This document shows, one piece after another, positions 1 to 7,351 of a stretch of DNA of 8,322 nt. Numbering within the stretch: position 1 is the first letter of the stretch; each line of letters starts with the position of its first letter. The notes beneath the pieces are model-generated. The model worked only from the letters and a program-made list of their open reading frames with translations, was not told the origin of the DNA and made no database searches. A program made the position numbers and the translations under genes. Source of the stretch: a virus (lineage: Duplodnaviria; Heunggongvirae; Uroviricota; Caudoviricetes); IMG/VR virus record IMGVR_UViG_2547132274_000001. One strand, 5' to 3'.

Positions 1-796
1 ACTGAATGGTTAACGTACTGCCATTTGTGGCAAGAAAGCCGTCTTTATCCACGCTGAAGAACGTAGCTAACAGGATGTTGTCGGTTGTTGTCGCCGCATT
101 ACGACTGCTGACCAGTGTGTCAGGAACAGAGCCGGAAAAGGTTAGCTGCATTGACCTGTTTGCGGTTCCGCTGGGCCACGTCCCGACGATCGACAGCTTG
201 AAGAACAAGGTTTTGTTCTCGTTGAACACAACCATCTTGTTGTTAACGGTGTCGAAGAATGGTGCCAACGTGCCGGATGACGGCGTGAGCGTTTTCAGTA
301 GGCTAACAAGGTTGGTCGGCGCTGTCGGGATGGTTACAGATACGCCAGAGTAAACAACCTCCGACTTCTTGCGAGTAGTGGCATACTCCAGAGCATCGAT
401 GCGCGTTTCATGGTCTGAAACCTGCGACTCCAGCGACTGAACTCTTGTGTCAAGCGACGAAATATCGCTTTCATTCTGAGCTATTCGTGTTTCATGGTCC
501 TGAAGAGTTGATTCTGCCTGGCTGATTCGCTCCTCATGATTAACAAGCGTTGCTTCCGCAGCAGAAATTCGCTGCTCATGGTCAGCGAGAATCACATCCT
601 GCTCATCGTTCCTGACCTGTGCATCATAAGCGCCCTGTCCGGCCTCGTTGGCTTTGTTAGCCACGTTACCAACATCAGTGCCCTGTGCGATAACGTAAAG
701 CAGATACGACTGCGAGAAGATATTGCGTGGAAGGACTGATGTGTCTAGCCGTGTAGCCTGAATGATTACCGGCACATTGAGATTCGAATCCGCCAT
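1..796 (-). CDS. Tail needle / cell-envelope penetration protein (P22 gp26-like), 3'-truncated by the window edge (265 codons visible, no stop)
   Basis: Hand translation of the minus strand from the ATG at 796..794 gives an open frame to position 1: [77 protein letters not shown]... The N-terminal ~70 aa resemble the gp10-binding N-terminus of P22 gp26 as I recall it. The start overlaps the upstream gene's stop as TAATG. Position directly after the gp10-like gene matches P22-family synteny. Absent from the ORF track only because no stop lies inside the window. Confidence 0.85.
   Translation of the reverse strand, partial: MADSNLNVPVIIQATRLDTSVLPRNIFSQSYLLYVIAQGTDVGNVANKANEAGQGAYDAQVRNDEQDVILADHEQRISAAEATLVNHEERISQAESTLQDHETRIAQNESDISSLDTRVQSLESQVSDHETRIDALEYATTRKKSEVVYSGVSVTIPTAPTNLVSLLKTLTPSSGTLAPFFDTVNNKMVVFNENKTLFFKLSIVGTWPSGTANRSMQLTFSGSVPDTLVSSRNAATTTDNILLATFFSVDKDGFLATNGSTLTIQ
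389..589 (-). repeat. In-frame tandem repeat inside the tail-needle gene, about 42 nt (14 aa, two heptads) period, encoding the coiled-coil segment
   Basis: Translation shows the motif [D/N]HExRI recurring at residues 72, 86, 100 and 128 ([15 protein letters not shown] / [14 protein letters not shown] / [11 protein letters not shown]... / [10 protein letters not shown]). The underlying DNA shows recurring CATGAG/CATGAA-CGAAT blocks. Imperfect copies. Confidence 0.55.
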
Positions 797-2214
797 TACT
801 CAATCCTTATCTGGCAGCCAGACAGAGTGACAGGTGACTTCGTGATAACGCGCAATTTGAAACCAATGTTTTTCCTGATGCGCCCTACTCGTTTCCACAA
901 AACGCGTTTGTCGTAAACGAACGGTTCATTCTGCTCAATCATCTGTTCACGCCCGTAATTGATGCCGTCAGTGGTTGCAGAGAGAAAAAGGCGGTCAGCA
1001 TACTGCGCAACGCCAGTTGACGATTCAACCTCAAGGTCGAACACTCTGGCGTTATCCGCTTTGAACAGTGGAGTAAACAGCAGGTGTTCCTGTTGCTTGT
1101 CGTACTGGCTGCTGATGTCGAATTGCAATTTCCCGGTCACGGACTCCAGCTTATCGCCGCACGTTATCTGATTGCCTTCGTAAATGAAGTCGATAGCGCG
1201 GTACACATCGTCATACAGGCCTGTTTTCAACACACACCATTGCGGACCATTGGCGCTTGAAGATGCGTCGTAAACAAGAACATGGCGCGGCAGGTGAATA
1301 ATCAGCAACTCATGAGCATCAAACCGCAGCGATTCCATCACACCATCAGCCAGTTCATCAGCAGTGTAGGAGCGGAGGATTTTCTCAATGCTCGCGCTGG
1401 CAATTGGTGACACCTGACCGGAGCCGATGATATACACAGACGGCGCACCCGTTGCCGGATTGCTGATGAACGCATAGGAATCAGCAAACGGCGTTTTGCA
1501 GTAAGTCCCGGCGATGCCTTTTTGCACCATCAGTGATGGCTGTGCGACATACAAAGCAGCACCAACGGTGGTTGCGCCAGTCAGGGAGAAATATTCAATA
1601 GTCGATGAACCAAAGCAGACGATGAAGTCTCGCCATGTCCCGATACCGATGATGCCGTCCGGCTGAGACTCGGCACGATATTGTGCGCTGTATCGGTCAG
1701 GATGTGATTCGTCTTCAAGGTCAGTGATAAACCATGAATCAGTACCGTCTTTTGACCACGCATAACGCCCACGTAAGCGAGTAATGTCACGAACCGAACC
1801 TAACTCATACTGCGTGAATCCGCTGTCTGTAGGCCAGTTTGATACGGTTTTAACCGTGCCATCATAGCGATACTCGACCAGTTGACCATTAACGCCTACC
1901 GCCTGTGATGTCCGACCATGCGCCATTGATACGCGACCACTTCCGGCAACGTCACCGACCTCGCTTTCGCCCTTATACAACTTGCCACCACACACGCGAT
2001 ACACAGCATTCTGCGCCATGTTGTACTCGACGCCGCGCGATACACCGTTCACATCAGAGCGTTTGGCAATGCCCGGGAATGAGCGAAGATATCCGCTGCT
2101 GTTGAGTATTTCTTTGGGTGTAGCCAGCATATTCACTGGCAGATAGTCGATATAGTCGGCGTTTCGAAAGTCTTTGCCGACACCTTTCATAAGCGGAAGT
2201 TGCTGAATCGGCAT
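796..2214 (-). CDS. Tail hub / head-completion protein (P22 gp10-like), 472 aa
   Basis: ORF track 796..2214 minus. Same length as P22 gp10 (472 aa), and the sequence ([49 protein letters not shown]...) matches what I recall of gp10. Shine-Dalgarno GAGGTGA sits 5-6 nt upstream of the ATG and overlaps the stop of the upstream gp4-like gene. Position between gp4-like and needle genes. Confidence 0.88.
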   Translation of the reverse strand: MPIQQLPLMKGVGKDFRNADYIDYLPVNMLATPKEILNSSGYLRSFPGIAKRSDVNGVSRGVEYNMAQNAVYRVCGGKLYKGESEVGDVAGSGRVSMAHGRTSQAVGVNGQLVEYRYDGTVKTVSNWPTDSGFTQYELGSVRDITRLRGRYAWSKDGTDSWFITDLEDESHPDRYSAQYRAESQPDGIIGIGTWRDFIVCFGSSTIEYFSLTGATTVGAALYVAQPSLMVQKGIAGTYCKTPFADSYAFISNPATGAPSVYIIGSGQVSPIASASIEKILRSYTADELADGVMESLRFDAHELLIIHLPRHVLVYDASSSANGPQWCVLKTGLYDDVYRAIDFIYEGNQITCGDKLESVTGKLQFDISSQYDKQQEHLLFTPLFKADNARVFDLEVESSTGVAQYADRLFLSATTDGINYGREQMIEQNEPFVYDKRVLWKRVGRIRKNIGFKLRVITKSPVTLSGCQIRIE

Positions 2215-2223
2215 TTATTCACC

Positions 2224-2685
2224 TCACGTACTCGGATCATCTTTCTCGATGTAAAACCGATTCCACGTAAACGCGCTTTTGTTACCACTGCCGCGAGGCA
2301 TGTCATTTCGCCGCTCAAGTGGTGGTATTTTGGTTAAAGCGATACAGATTGTTTGATATGCACTGTCAGCAGCGGTAAGGAGAGCGTCTGACGGCTGAAT
2401 GACGTTATCCATGCACACTTGCACAGCGAGTTTCAAAGCGACGCCATCATTTGCCCATGCAGGGATACCTGAATCATCGTCCGGTAACGGCATGATGCCG
2501 TTTTCTGTATCAGCAAACTGATACCCAAGCTCGATACCTTTAGCCTGCCATGCTGCCATCATGTCTTCGAGGTCATTAATGGCATCTTCAATTGCCTGAG
2601 GGTCAGCATCTGTCAACGTGGCATTGGAATACAGCCCGGCTTTTCGTAAAGCCTTTAGAACGAGATCACCCTTCGTTTTCGCCAT
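2224..2685 (-). CDS. Tail adaptor / head-completion protein (P22 gp4-like), 153 aa
   Basis: ORF track 2224..2685 minus. N-terminus MAKTKGDLVLKALRKAGLYSNATLTDADPQAIEDAINDLEDMMAAW resembles the P22 gp4 N-terminal region as I recall it. Size is close to P22 gp4 (166 aa). Synteny between coat and gp10-like genes. Confidence 0.82.
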   Translation of the reverse strand: MAKTKGDLVLKALRKAGLYSNATLTDADPQAIEDAINDLEDMMAAWQAKGIELGYQFADTENGIMPLPDDDSGIPAWANDGVALKLAVQVCMDNVIQPSDALLTAADSAYQTICIALTKIPPLERRNDMPRGSGNKSAFTWNRFYIEKDDPST

Positions 2686-2854
2686 CTTCTTCCGCCTTAG
2701 CCACTTTTTGCTTCGTTGCGGTTTCTTCAGGAGTTTTTACCCAACCTTTTTTCAGGTGAGATTTAACTTCTTCGTCATCAACAATGATGTAATCGACAGC
2801 AAACTGACCACAGGTGATCATGTTGCCAGGCTTATAGAGCATTGTTCGTGCCAT
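2666..2854 (-). CDS. Small hypothetical protein (62 aa) between coat and tail-adaptor genes
   Basis: The ORF track gives a 75-aa version from 2893, but that start is TTG and lies inside the terminator hairpin. An in-frame ATG at 2854..2852 is preceded by GGGAG (2861..2865) at 6-nt spacing, giving MARTMLYKPGNMITCGQFAVDYIIVDDEEVKSHLKKGWVKTPEETATKQKVAKAEEDGENEG. The 3' end overlaps the gp4-like start by 20 nt. No family recognised. Confidence 0.5.
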   Translation of the reverse strand: MARTMLYKPGNMITCGQFAVDYIIVDDEEVKSHLKKGWVKTPEETATKQKVAKAEEDGENEG

Positions 2855-2860
2855 TGTCTT

Positions 2861-2865
2861 CTCCC
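2861..2865 (-). promoter_or_regulatory. Shine-Dalgarno (GGGAG) for the 62-aa ORF
   Basis: Minus-strand sequence ...CCCCATTTTTATTGGGAGAAGACAATG; GGGAG lies 6 nt before the ATG at 2854. Confidence 0.6.
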
Positions 2866-2890
2866 AATAAAAATGGGGCCGAAGCCCCAC
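2866..2890 (-). terminator. Intrinsic-terminator-like hairpin immediately downstream of the coat gene
   Basis: Minus-strand RNA 5'-GUGGGGC-UUCG-GCCCCA-UUUUUAUU-3'. A 6-bp G/C-rich stem (plus 2874..2879 pairs with 2884..2889) has a UUCG tetraloop (2880..2883) and is followed by a U-rich tract (2866..2873). It begins 5 nt after the coat stop codon (2896..2898). Confidence 0.6.
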
Positions 2891-2895
2891 CAAAA

Positions 2896-4149
2896 TTACT
2901 GCCCGGCAATAACGATGCCCGTATATTCAGGAACCAGTACAGAGCAACCGTACAGAGTGGTGAAACGCGCAGTGGTTACGCCTTTGATATGGTCGAAGGC
3001 GTAAGACATGATCAGCGTAGCGCCCTGCTCGGTGGTTGCTGTCATTACCTGTGGACCCTGACCAGTCGGGAACGCCAGTTTGCCGTACATCAGTTCAACA
3101 GAACCATCAGCCCAGAACAGGTTAGCCGGTGCGGCATTTTTGTTGAGAATGGTAATTGCTGCACCATTTGCCGCGTTAGCATCAACGTTTGCATATGGAC
3201 GGCTGGCGACATCTGCGTTGTCAGGCGGCAGAATTTTCGGGGAGATAGTTACTGTCGTTCCGCTTACTGCCAGAACGCGGAATACCTGCGGCTGCCCGGT
3301 GGTGTCTTTGGTGATCTGGTGTACAGAATTCACGCCAGCAATGGTGAACGCATCGCCAACCTGCAACCCAGATGCAGATACCGTAATAGTCCCCTGTCGG
3401 TTATCCACTGGCATATCGTTGGCATCTTTCGCTTCAACCTTGTGCGCAGGTTCAGCCGCCAGCGTCAGGGAAGTTGCTGTACCCTTCGGAACACGACCAG
3501 AAATATCCGTCTTGTAGCTATCGAAGGAAGCAATCGGAGGGATCTGCGCCTTTTCGTATGCTGTCAGGGTTGCGCCCTGAGCATAGGCACGGTGACCAAG
3601 CTCGCCAGCAAGGTCTTTGTAGTTGAAGGGGTTCCAGAAAGAGCGACGGTTGATACCCTGCGGTACACCAATCGCCGTCATGGTGGCATCAATACCTGCC
3701 GCACAGTTCCACAAATCACGGCCCTGTGAACCAGTGGTTGAGTCAGCCATTGTGATCACGTTAGTAGCACGCTGCGTGACCATGGAAATCAGGTCAGAGT
3801 CAATCTGTGCAGCAAGGCGCATACCTGCGGCGCGACCAGCTTCAGTTTTATGTTCCGGGTCACGCATTTCACGCGCATCCAGAGTGTACAGAATGTTTTT
3901 CGGCTCCTTGAACACAGAAGGAACAAGGCGCTGAACCAGTGCTGTTGGCGTTTTGCTGCTGAGGTCGAGGCCTTCCTCAATGTTCATGTGGTAATGCTGC
4001 GGACGATACAGAACATCACCTGCTCGCTGCATTGCTGTATCACCGGGACGGAATTTTTTAGCGTTACGGGAAACTACGCAGGCGGCCTCAAAGCCTTCAA
4101 CGTAGTTTTCGAACATGATTTCAAGGTCTTTTGCTAATTGGTTAGCCAT
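2896..4149 (-). CDS. Major capsid (coat) protein, 417 aa
   Basis: ORF track 2896..4149 minus. Lies directly downstream of the scaffold gene and upstream of the adaptor, the invariant coat position in P22-like phages. Size is near P22 coat (430 aa). GGAG-type Shine-Dalgarno about 9 nt upstream of the ATG. Followed by a terminator-like hairpin, as is typical for a highly expressed coat gene. Assigned mainly by synteny and size; I do not recognise it as the P22-type coat sequence. Confidence 0.82.
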   Translation of the reverse strand: MANQLAKDLEIMFENYVEGFEAACVVSRNAKKFRPGDTAMQRAGDVLYRPQHYHMNIEEGLDLSSKTPTALVQRLVPSVFKEPKNILYTLDAREMRDPEHKTEAGRAAGMRLAAQIDSDLISMVTQRATNVITMADSTTGSQGRDLWNCAAGIDATMTAIGVPQGINRRSFWNPFNYKDLAGELGHRAYAQGATLTAYEKAQIPPIASFDSYKTDISGRVPKGTATSLTLAAEPAHKVEAKDANDMPVDNRQGTITVSASGLQVGDAFTIAGVNSVHQITKDTTGQPQVFRVLAVSGTTVTISPKILPPDNADVASRPYANVDANAANGAAITILNKNAAPANLFWADGSVELMYGKLAFPTGQGPQVMTATTEQGATLIMSYAFDHIKGVTTARFTTLYGCSVLVPEYTGIVIAGQ

Positions 4150-4167
4150 GCTTAATGCTCCGATAGG

Positions 4168-5061
4168 TTATTTTTTTGCCTTTTTAGCGGCGAAATACGG
4201 CGTCCAGTCACCAGTTTCCAGCGCCTTGGCTTTCAGTTTGTCGAGGTTATTGATTACTGCGCCGTTGCTCCCCTTAACTGTCGGGGTTGTGGCTGCCGTG
4301 GTTTTTGCTTTTGGCATGATTCTGGCCTTAGATTCGATACGTTCCAGCAGACGACCAATTGCTACGGGGTTGGTAGCTTCTGCCAGTTGCTTGCGCAGTT
4401 CAGCGTTGCGACCAAGCGCCAGAACAACGATTTCCGGCTTCTCTGACTCAAACAGGATCGCGTTTTGTGTCTCGATGGGGATTTCCTCGAGTACGGCCTG
4501 TTCTGCTTCCTGATAGCCAGGAACCTTGAGAGCCTTAACACGTTGCTGATATTTGGATAATCGCTCTTGATAGGCAGCCTGAAGCTCCTGCTCCTTCTGC
4601 TTGCGAGCAATCTCCTGTTGCTGGTACTTGCCGTGATCCTCTGCCCACTTAGCCATGCGTTGCTGATAGATTTCTTCATCGAAACCGATGTCCTCATCAT
4701 CCAGTTTTGGCATTCGCGGTGGTTGAGTGATTACCTGCTGCTGCTCGACGGGTTTCTGAGACTGACGCATCAGCTCTTTCAGCTCACGGTCTTTCTCTTT
4801 AATCGTCTTGCGCAGGTGTTTTACCAGTCCATGCTCTGCGCTATCTTCGCTGGTTGGCGAATCCAGCTTTTCGTCACCAAAGTAGAATTCCTGTTCTGAT
4901 TCGTCGTCATCAGTTTCAGTAGCTTCCTCTGCATCATTGCCGGAGGACTCACTGCCATCTTCTGTTTCGACTTCTTCAGCCAGTTCGACATCATCAGGAA
5001 TCTGCTCTGACGCGTCGGTTTCTATTTCAACTTCTGGTGTGTTTTCTGCCATCTGGTCCAT
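4168..5061 (-). CDS. Scaffolding protein, 297 aa
   Basis: ORF track 4168..5061 minus. Lies between portal and coat. Very acidic N-terminal ~85 aa, then a Gln/Glu/Lys-rich segment predicted helical/coiled-coil, then a basic C-terminus (...DKLKAKALETGDWTPYFAAKKAKK) of the kind that forms the coat-binding helix-turn-helix in P22 gp8. Size is near P22 gp8 (303 aa). AGGGG Shine-Dalgarno 6 nt upstream of the ATG. Confidence 0.8.
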   Translation of the reverse strand: MDQMAENTPEVEIETDASEQIPDDVELAEEVETEDGSESSGNDAEEATETDDDESEQEFYFGDEKLDSPTSEDSAEHGLVKHLRKTIKEKDRELKELMRQSQKPVEQQQVITQPPRMPKLDDEDIGFDEEIYQQRMAKWAEDHGKYQQQEIARKQKEQELQAAYQERLSKYQQRVKALKVPGYQEAEQAVLEEIPIETQNAILFESEKPEIVVLALGRNAELRKQLAEATNPVAIGRLLERIESKARIMPKAKTTAATTPTVKGSNGAVINNLDKLKAKALETGDWTPYFAAKKAKK

Positions 5062-5067
5062 TTGTTA

Positions 5068-5072
5068 CCCCT
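5068..5072 (-). promoter_or_regulatory. Shine-Dalgarno (AGGGG) for the scaffold gene
   Basis: Minus-strand sequence ...GAGTAAACAGGGGTAACAAATG; the purine-rich core lies 6 nt before the ATG at 5061. Confidence 0.6.
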
Positions 5073-5151
5073 GTTTACTCGATGTTCAGCCCATCGGAAG
5101 GCAATAGGGTGCCAGGCCTCATAAAGACAGCCATTGCACGTTATGGGTTAA

Positions 5152-7350
5152 TTACTGCTGTGGTTGTTGCTGAGTTGATTTTTGCAGGATGCTGCTGATC
5201 TCCATGCGCTGCGCATGGCCCTGTGCCTGACTTTTCAGGACAAGCTCTGCATCAGCACGGGCATTGTCTCCTTGCTGTTGCTGGAACTGTCCGAGCAGTT
5301 TCAGAGCCTCGCGGATATCAGATTTCTGCTGGCTATCGGCAGATGCGAGGATTTTCACAACATTTGCCGCTGCAACCTGAGCATCAGTCTGTGCCTGGAA
5401 TGCTTTAACCTGAATGGCTGCCTGTTCGTTCTGCGCTTTCTGCAATTCAGCCTGACCAGCAAGAAGCTGACCTTGCGCAGCAACCATAGCCGGATCTGGC
5501 TGACTGGCCTGTTGTTGTTTCGCCTGCTCAACCATTTGCTGCTCTTCTGGCGTTCTCGGCTTGATAACTCCAGACAGAAGCAACTGATTGCGGTTGTATT
5601 CTTTAAGGTCGTCCATCCCTTCGCCGTCCATATTGTCGAGAATCATCGACGATACAAGGTCGTGCTTCGGCGTTCCTGGTGGGATAAGTGCCAGCATGGA
5701 AAGTAACGACTTAACCGTTGCATCACGGCGAGTAGCGAACGACTGACCGACATCGACAGTCACTTCATAGTTGCCCTGCGAAAGGTCATTAAGCGCGATA
5801 ACCTGCCCTGTCTGACGGTCAACCACTTCACCAGTCATCAGCGCCACGTCATCGCTGCCGTCCTCATTAACGATACGCATCGGCGTATCACTGCCATAGA
5901 CCTCACGCGCCATAGAAAGCCACACAACGCCAGCGCGACGCATGGATTTAGCCATGTTGTCCATGTAGATATAGGACTGCGTATCCATCCGGTTAAAGAT
6001 GCTATCAACGGTATCGGTGGCGACGTTGCTCGGCATGTTCTCAAGCTGCGACGCACCTGTAATTTGCTGAATAGCCGTTCCGGTGTACTGCAATAGCCCG
6101 GCAAGAGCTGGAGGCATTTGTGTCGGAGGCGTATAACTGCTGACCTGAGCCTGCGCAGTAATATCTCCGTTTTTGTTTTTCAGACTGACCATTGGCAGGA
6201 ACGCCGGGCGATTTTTGTTGCGCTCCGCCCAATGAGTGGCAAGAGGACCAGGAATCATGTCAACATCAACTACAGGAATGCCATCACCGCCAGCCTGAGT
6301 AGCGTTATCTGCAATCATGGAAACCATCAGGTTCTCAAGACGCTGCGCATCCATCGCTTTTGCTGCGTGGCCTTCGATTCGCTCCTGATTATCAACAAAT
6401 GAGCGACGCCCATATACCGGGATGAGAGGAATATGTTCGCCCGGAATACGCTTCGGTTCTTCCAGCCATTCAGCGCCAGACAGAAGACCGCAATAAACTC
6501 GGCGTTTCTTCACTGTCCGCTCACCGATCAGCTCGAATGCACCATCGGTTAGCTCGTCGACAATATCTTTGATTTGATCTTCATCATAGATTGCCGTTTC
6601 TCCGCTAACAAGGTTGCGCCACGCCGTGAGCTTCACCTTCTCTATGCGGACTTCGTAGTAACGTCCAACATAGATGGCATCTGGCGTTGACCAGTCATAT
6701 TGAGTGCCAGTGTCACCACGAGAAAGGCTTGCCGCGATGGAATCAGGGTATTCAGCCTCGAACGCTTTGGGCGTCATGGAGAACATTTCCATAGCCCACA
6801 TAGCATCAGAGCGGTCATATTGCTTGCTGTCCTGATCGAAGAAGACGCATGTCGCTGGGTCGTAAACAGGAAGAAGGCTGATGCGTCGCTGCTCGTTACT
6901 TGGGTCCATTTCATCTTCGTAATCGGCACACATGCGGAAACAACCGAATCCGCCCATTACAGCATCATCAAATGCGTTATCACACGCTTCGCCACCGGAT
7001 GTTTCCTGATAGTCAGCGCGGAATTTGCCGTTCATTTTTTCGGCTAACGCTTCCGATGCCTTGTCATCCTTCGGCCTGAATTTAACGCTGATGCGATTCT
7101 GTCGATACTCGCCAATGATGCGATCACATTCACGGGCAATCTTATTCAGTTCAAAGCGCGGGTAATGCTCAAACCTGCCTTCATCAAATGAGTAACCAGC
7201 GTTTGTGCTGCCTTCCCACTGTGCGCCGGATACCCGGACGAAACGTTGAGCCTCAATAATCTGCTCACGCATATCCTGCGTTGCTGACCAGGCATTATCA
7301 AAGTTGCACAGCACCTTGCGATGCCAGTCAGTCATCTTTTTTTCTGCCAT
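5152..7350 (-). CDS. Portal protein (P22 gp1-like), 732 aa, with a C-terminal Gln-rich helical barrel extension
   Basis: ORF track 5152..7350 minus. Size is near P22 portal (725 aa). Internal and C-terminal segments (e.g. ...PRTPEEQQMVEQAKQQQASQPDPAMVAAQGQLLAGQAELQKAQNEQ... through the Q-rich tail ...QKSTQQQPQQ) resemble the P22 portal and its ~120-residue C-terminal barrel as I recall them. Lies immediately downstream of the terminase gene (stop TGA, 1 nt, then ATG). Confidence 0.93.
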   Translation of the reverse strand: MAEKKMTDWHRKVLCNFDNAWSATQDMREQIIEAQRFVRVSGAQWEGSTNAGYSFDEGRFEHYPRFELNKIARECDRIIGEYRQNRISVKFRPKDDKASEALAEKMNGKFRADYQETSGGEACDNAFDDAVMGGFGCFRMCADYEDEMDPSNEQRRISLLPVYDPATCVFFDQDSKQYDRSDAMWAMEMFSMTPKAFEAEYPDSIAASLSRGDTGTQYDWSTPDAIYVGRYYEVRIEKVKLTAWRNLVSGETAIYDEDQIKDIVDELTDGAFELIGERTVKKRRVYCGLLSGAEWLEEPKRIPGEHIPLIPVYGRRSFVDNQERIEGHAAKAMDAQRLENLMVSMIADNATQAGGDGIPVVDVDMIPGPLATHWAERNKNRPAFLPMVSLKNKNGDITAQAQVSSYTPPTQMPPALAGLLQYTGTAIQQITGASQLENMPSNVATDTVDSIFNRMDTQSYIYMDNMAKSMRRAGVVWLSMAREVYGSDTPMRIVNEDGSDDVALMTGEVVDRQTGQVIALNDLSQGNYEVTVDVGQSFATRRDATVKSLLSMLALIPPGTPKHDLVSSMILDNMDGEGMDDLKEYNRNQLLLSGVIKPRTPEEQQMVEQAKQQQASQPDPAMVAAQGQLLAGQAELQKAQNEQAAIQVKAFQAQTDAQVAAANVVKILASADSQQKSDIREALKLLGQFQQQQGDNARADAELVLKSQAQGHAQRMEISSILQKSTQQQPQQ

Positions 7351-7351
7351 A

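Noticed and set aside
2855-2893. Longer 75-aa version of the small ORF starting at 2893
   Set aside because: That start is a TTG placed inside the terminator stem-loop, 2 nt from the coat stop. The in-frame ATG at 2854 with a GGGAG Shine-Dalgarno is a far better initiation site.
5075-5134. 19-codon mini-ORF (MAVFMRPGTLLPSDGLNIE) in the portal-scaffold spacer as a real leader peptide
   Set aside because: No Shine-Dalgarno precedes its ATG and it is very short. Kept only as a sub-observation within the spacer finding.
5062-5151. Sigma-70 promoter in the portal-scaffold spacer
   Set aside because: TTAACC and TATGAG-like hexamers are present but spacing is about 22 nt and matches to consensus are poor. 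Not supportable without experimental 5'-end data.
5152-5560. Gln/Ala-rich low-complexity region at the portal 3' end as a separate repeat element or distinct gene
   Set aside because: It is in frame with the portal and corresponds to the known C-terminal helical barrel extension of P22-type portals. It is not a separate feature.
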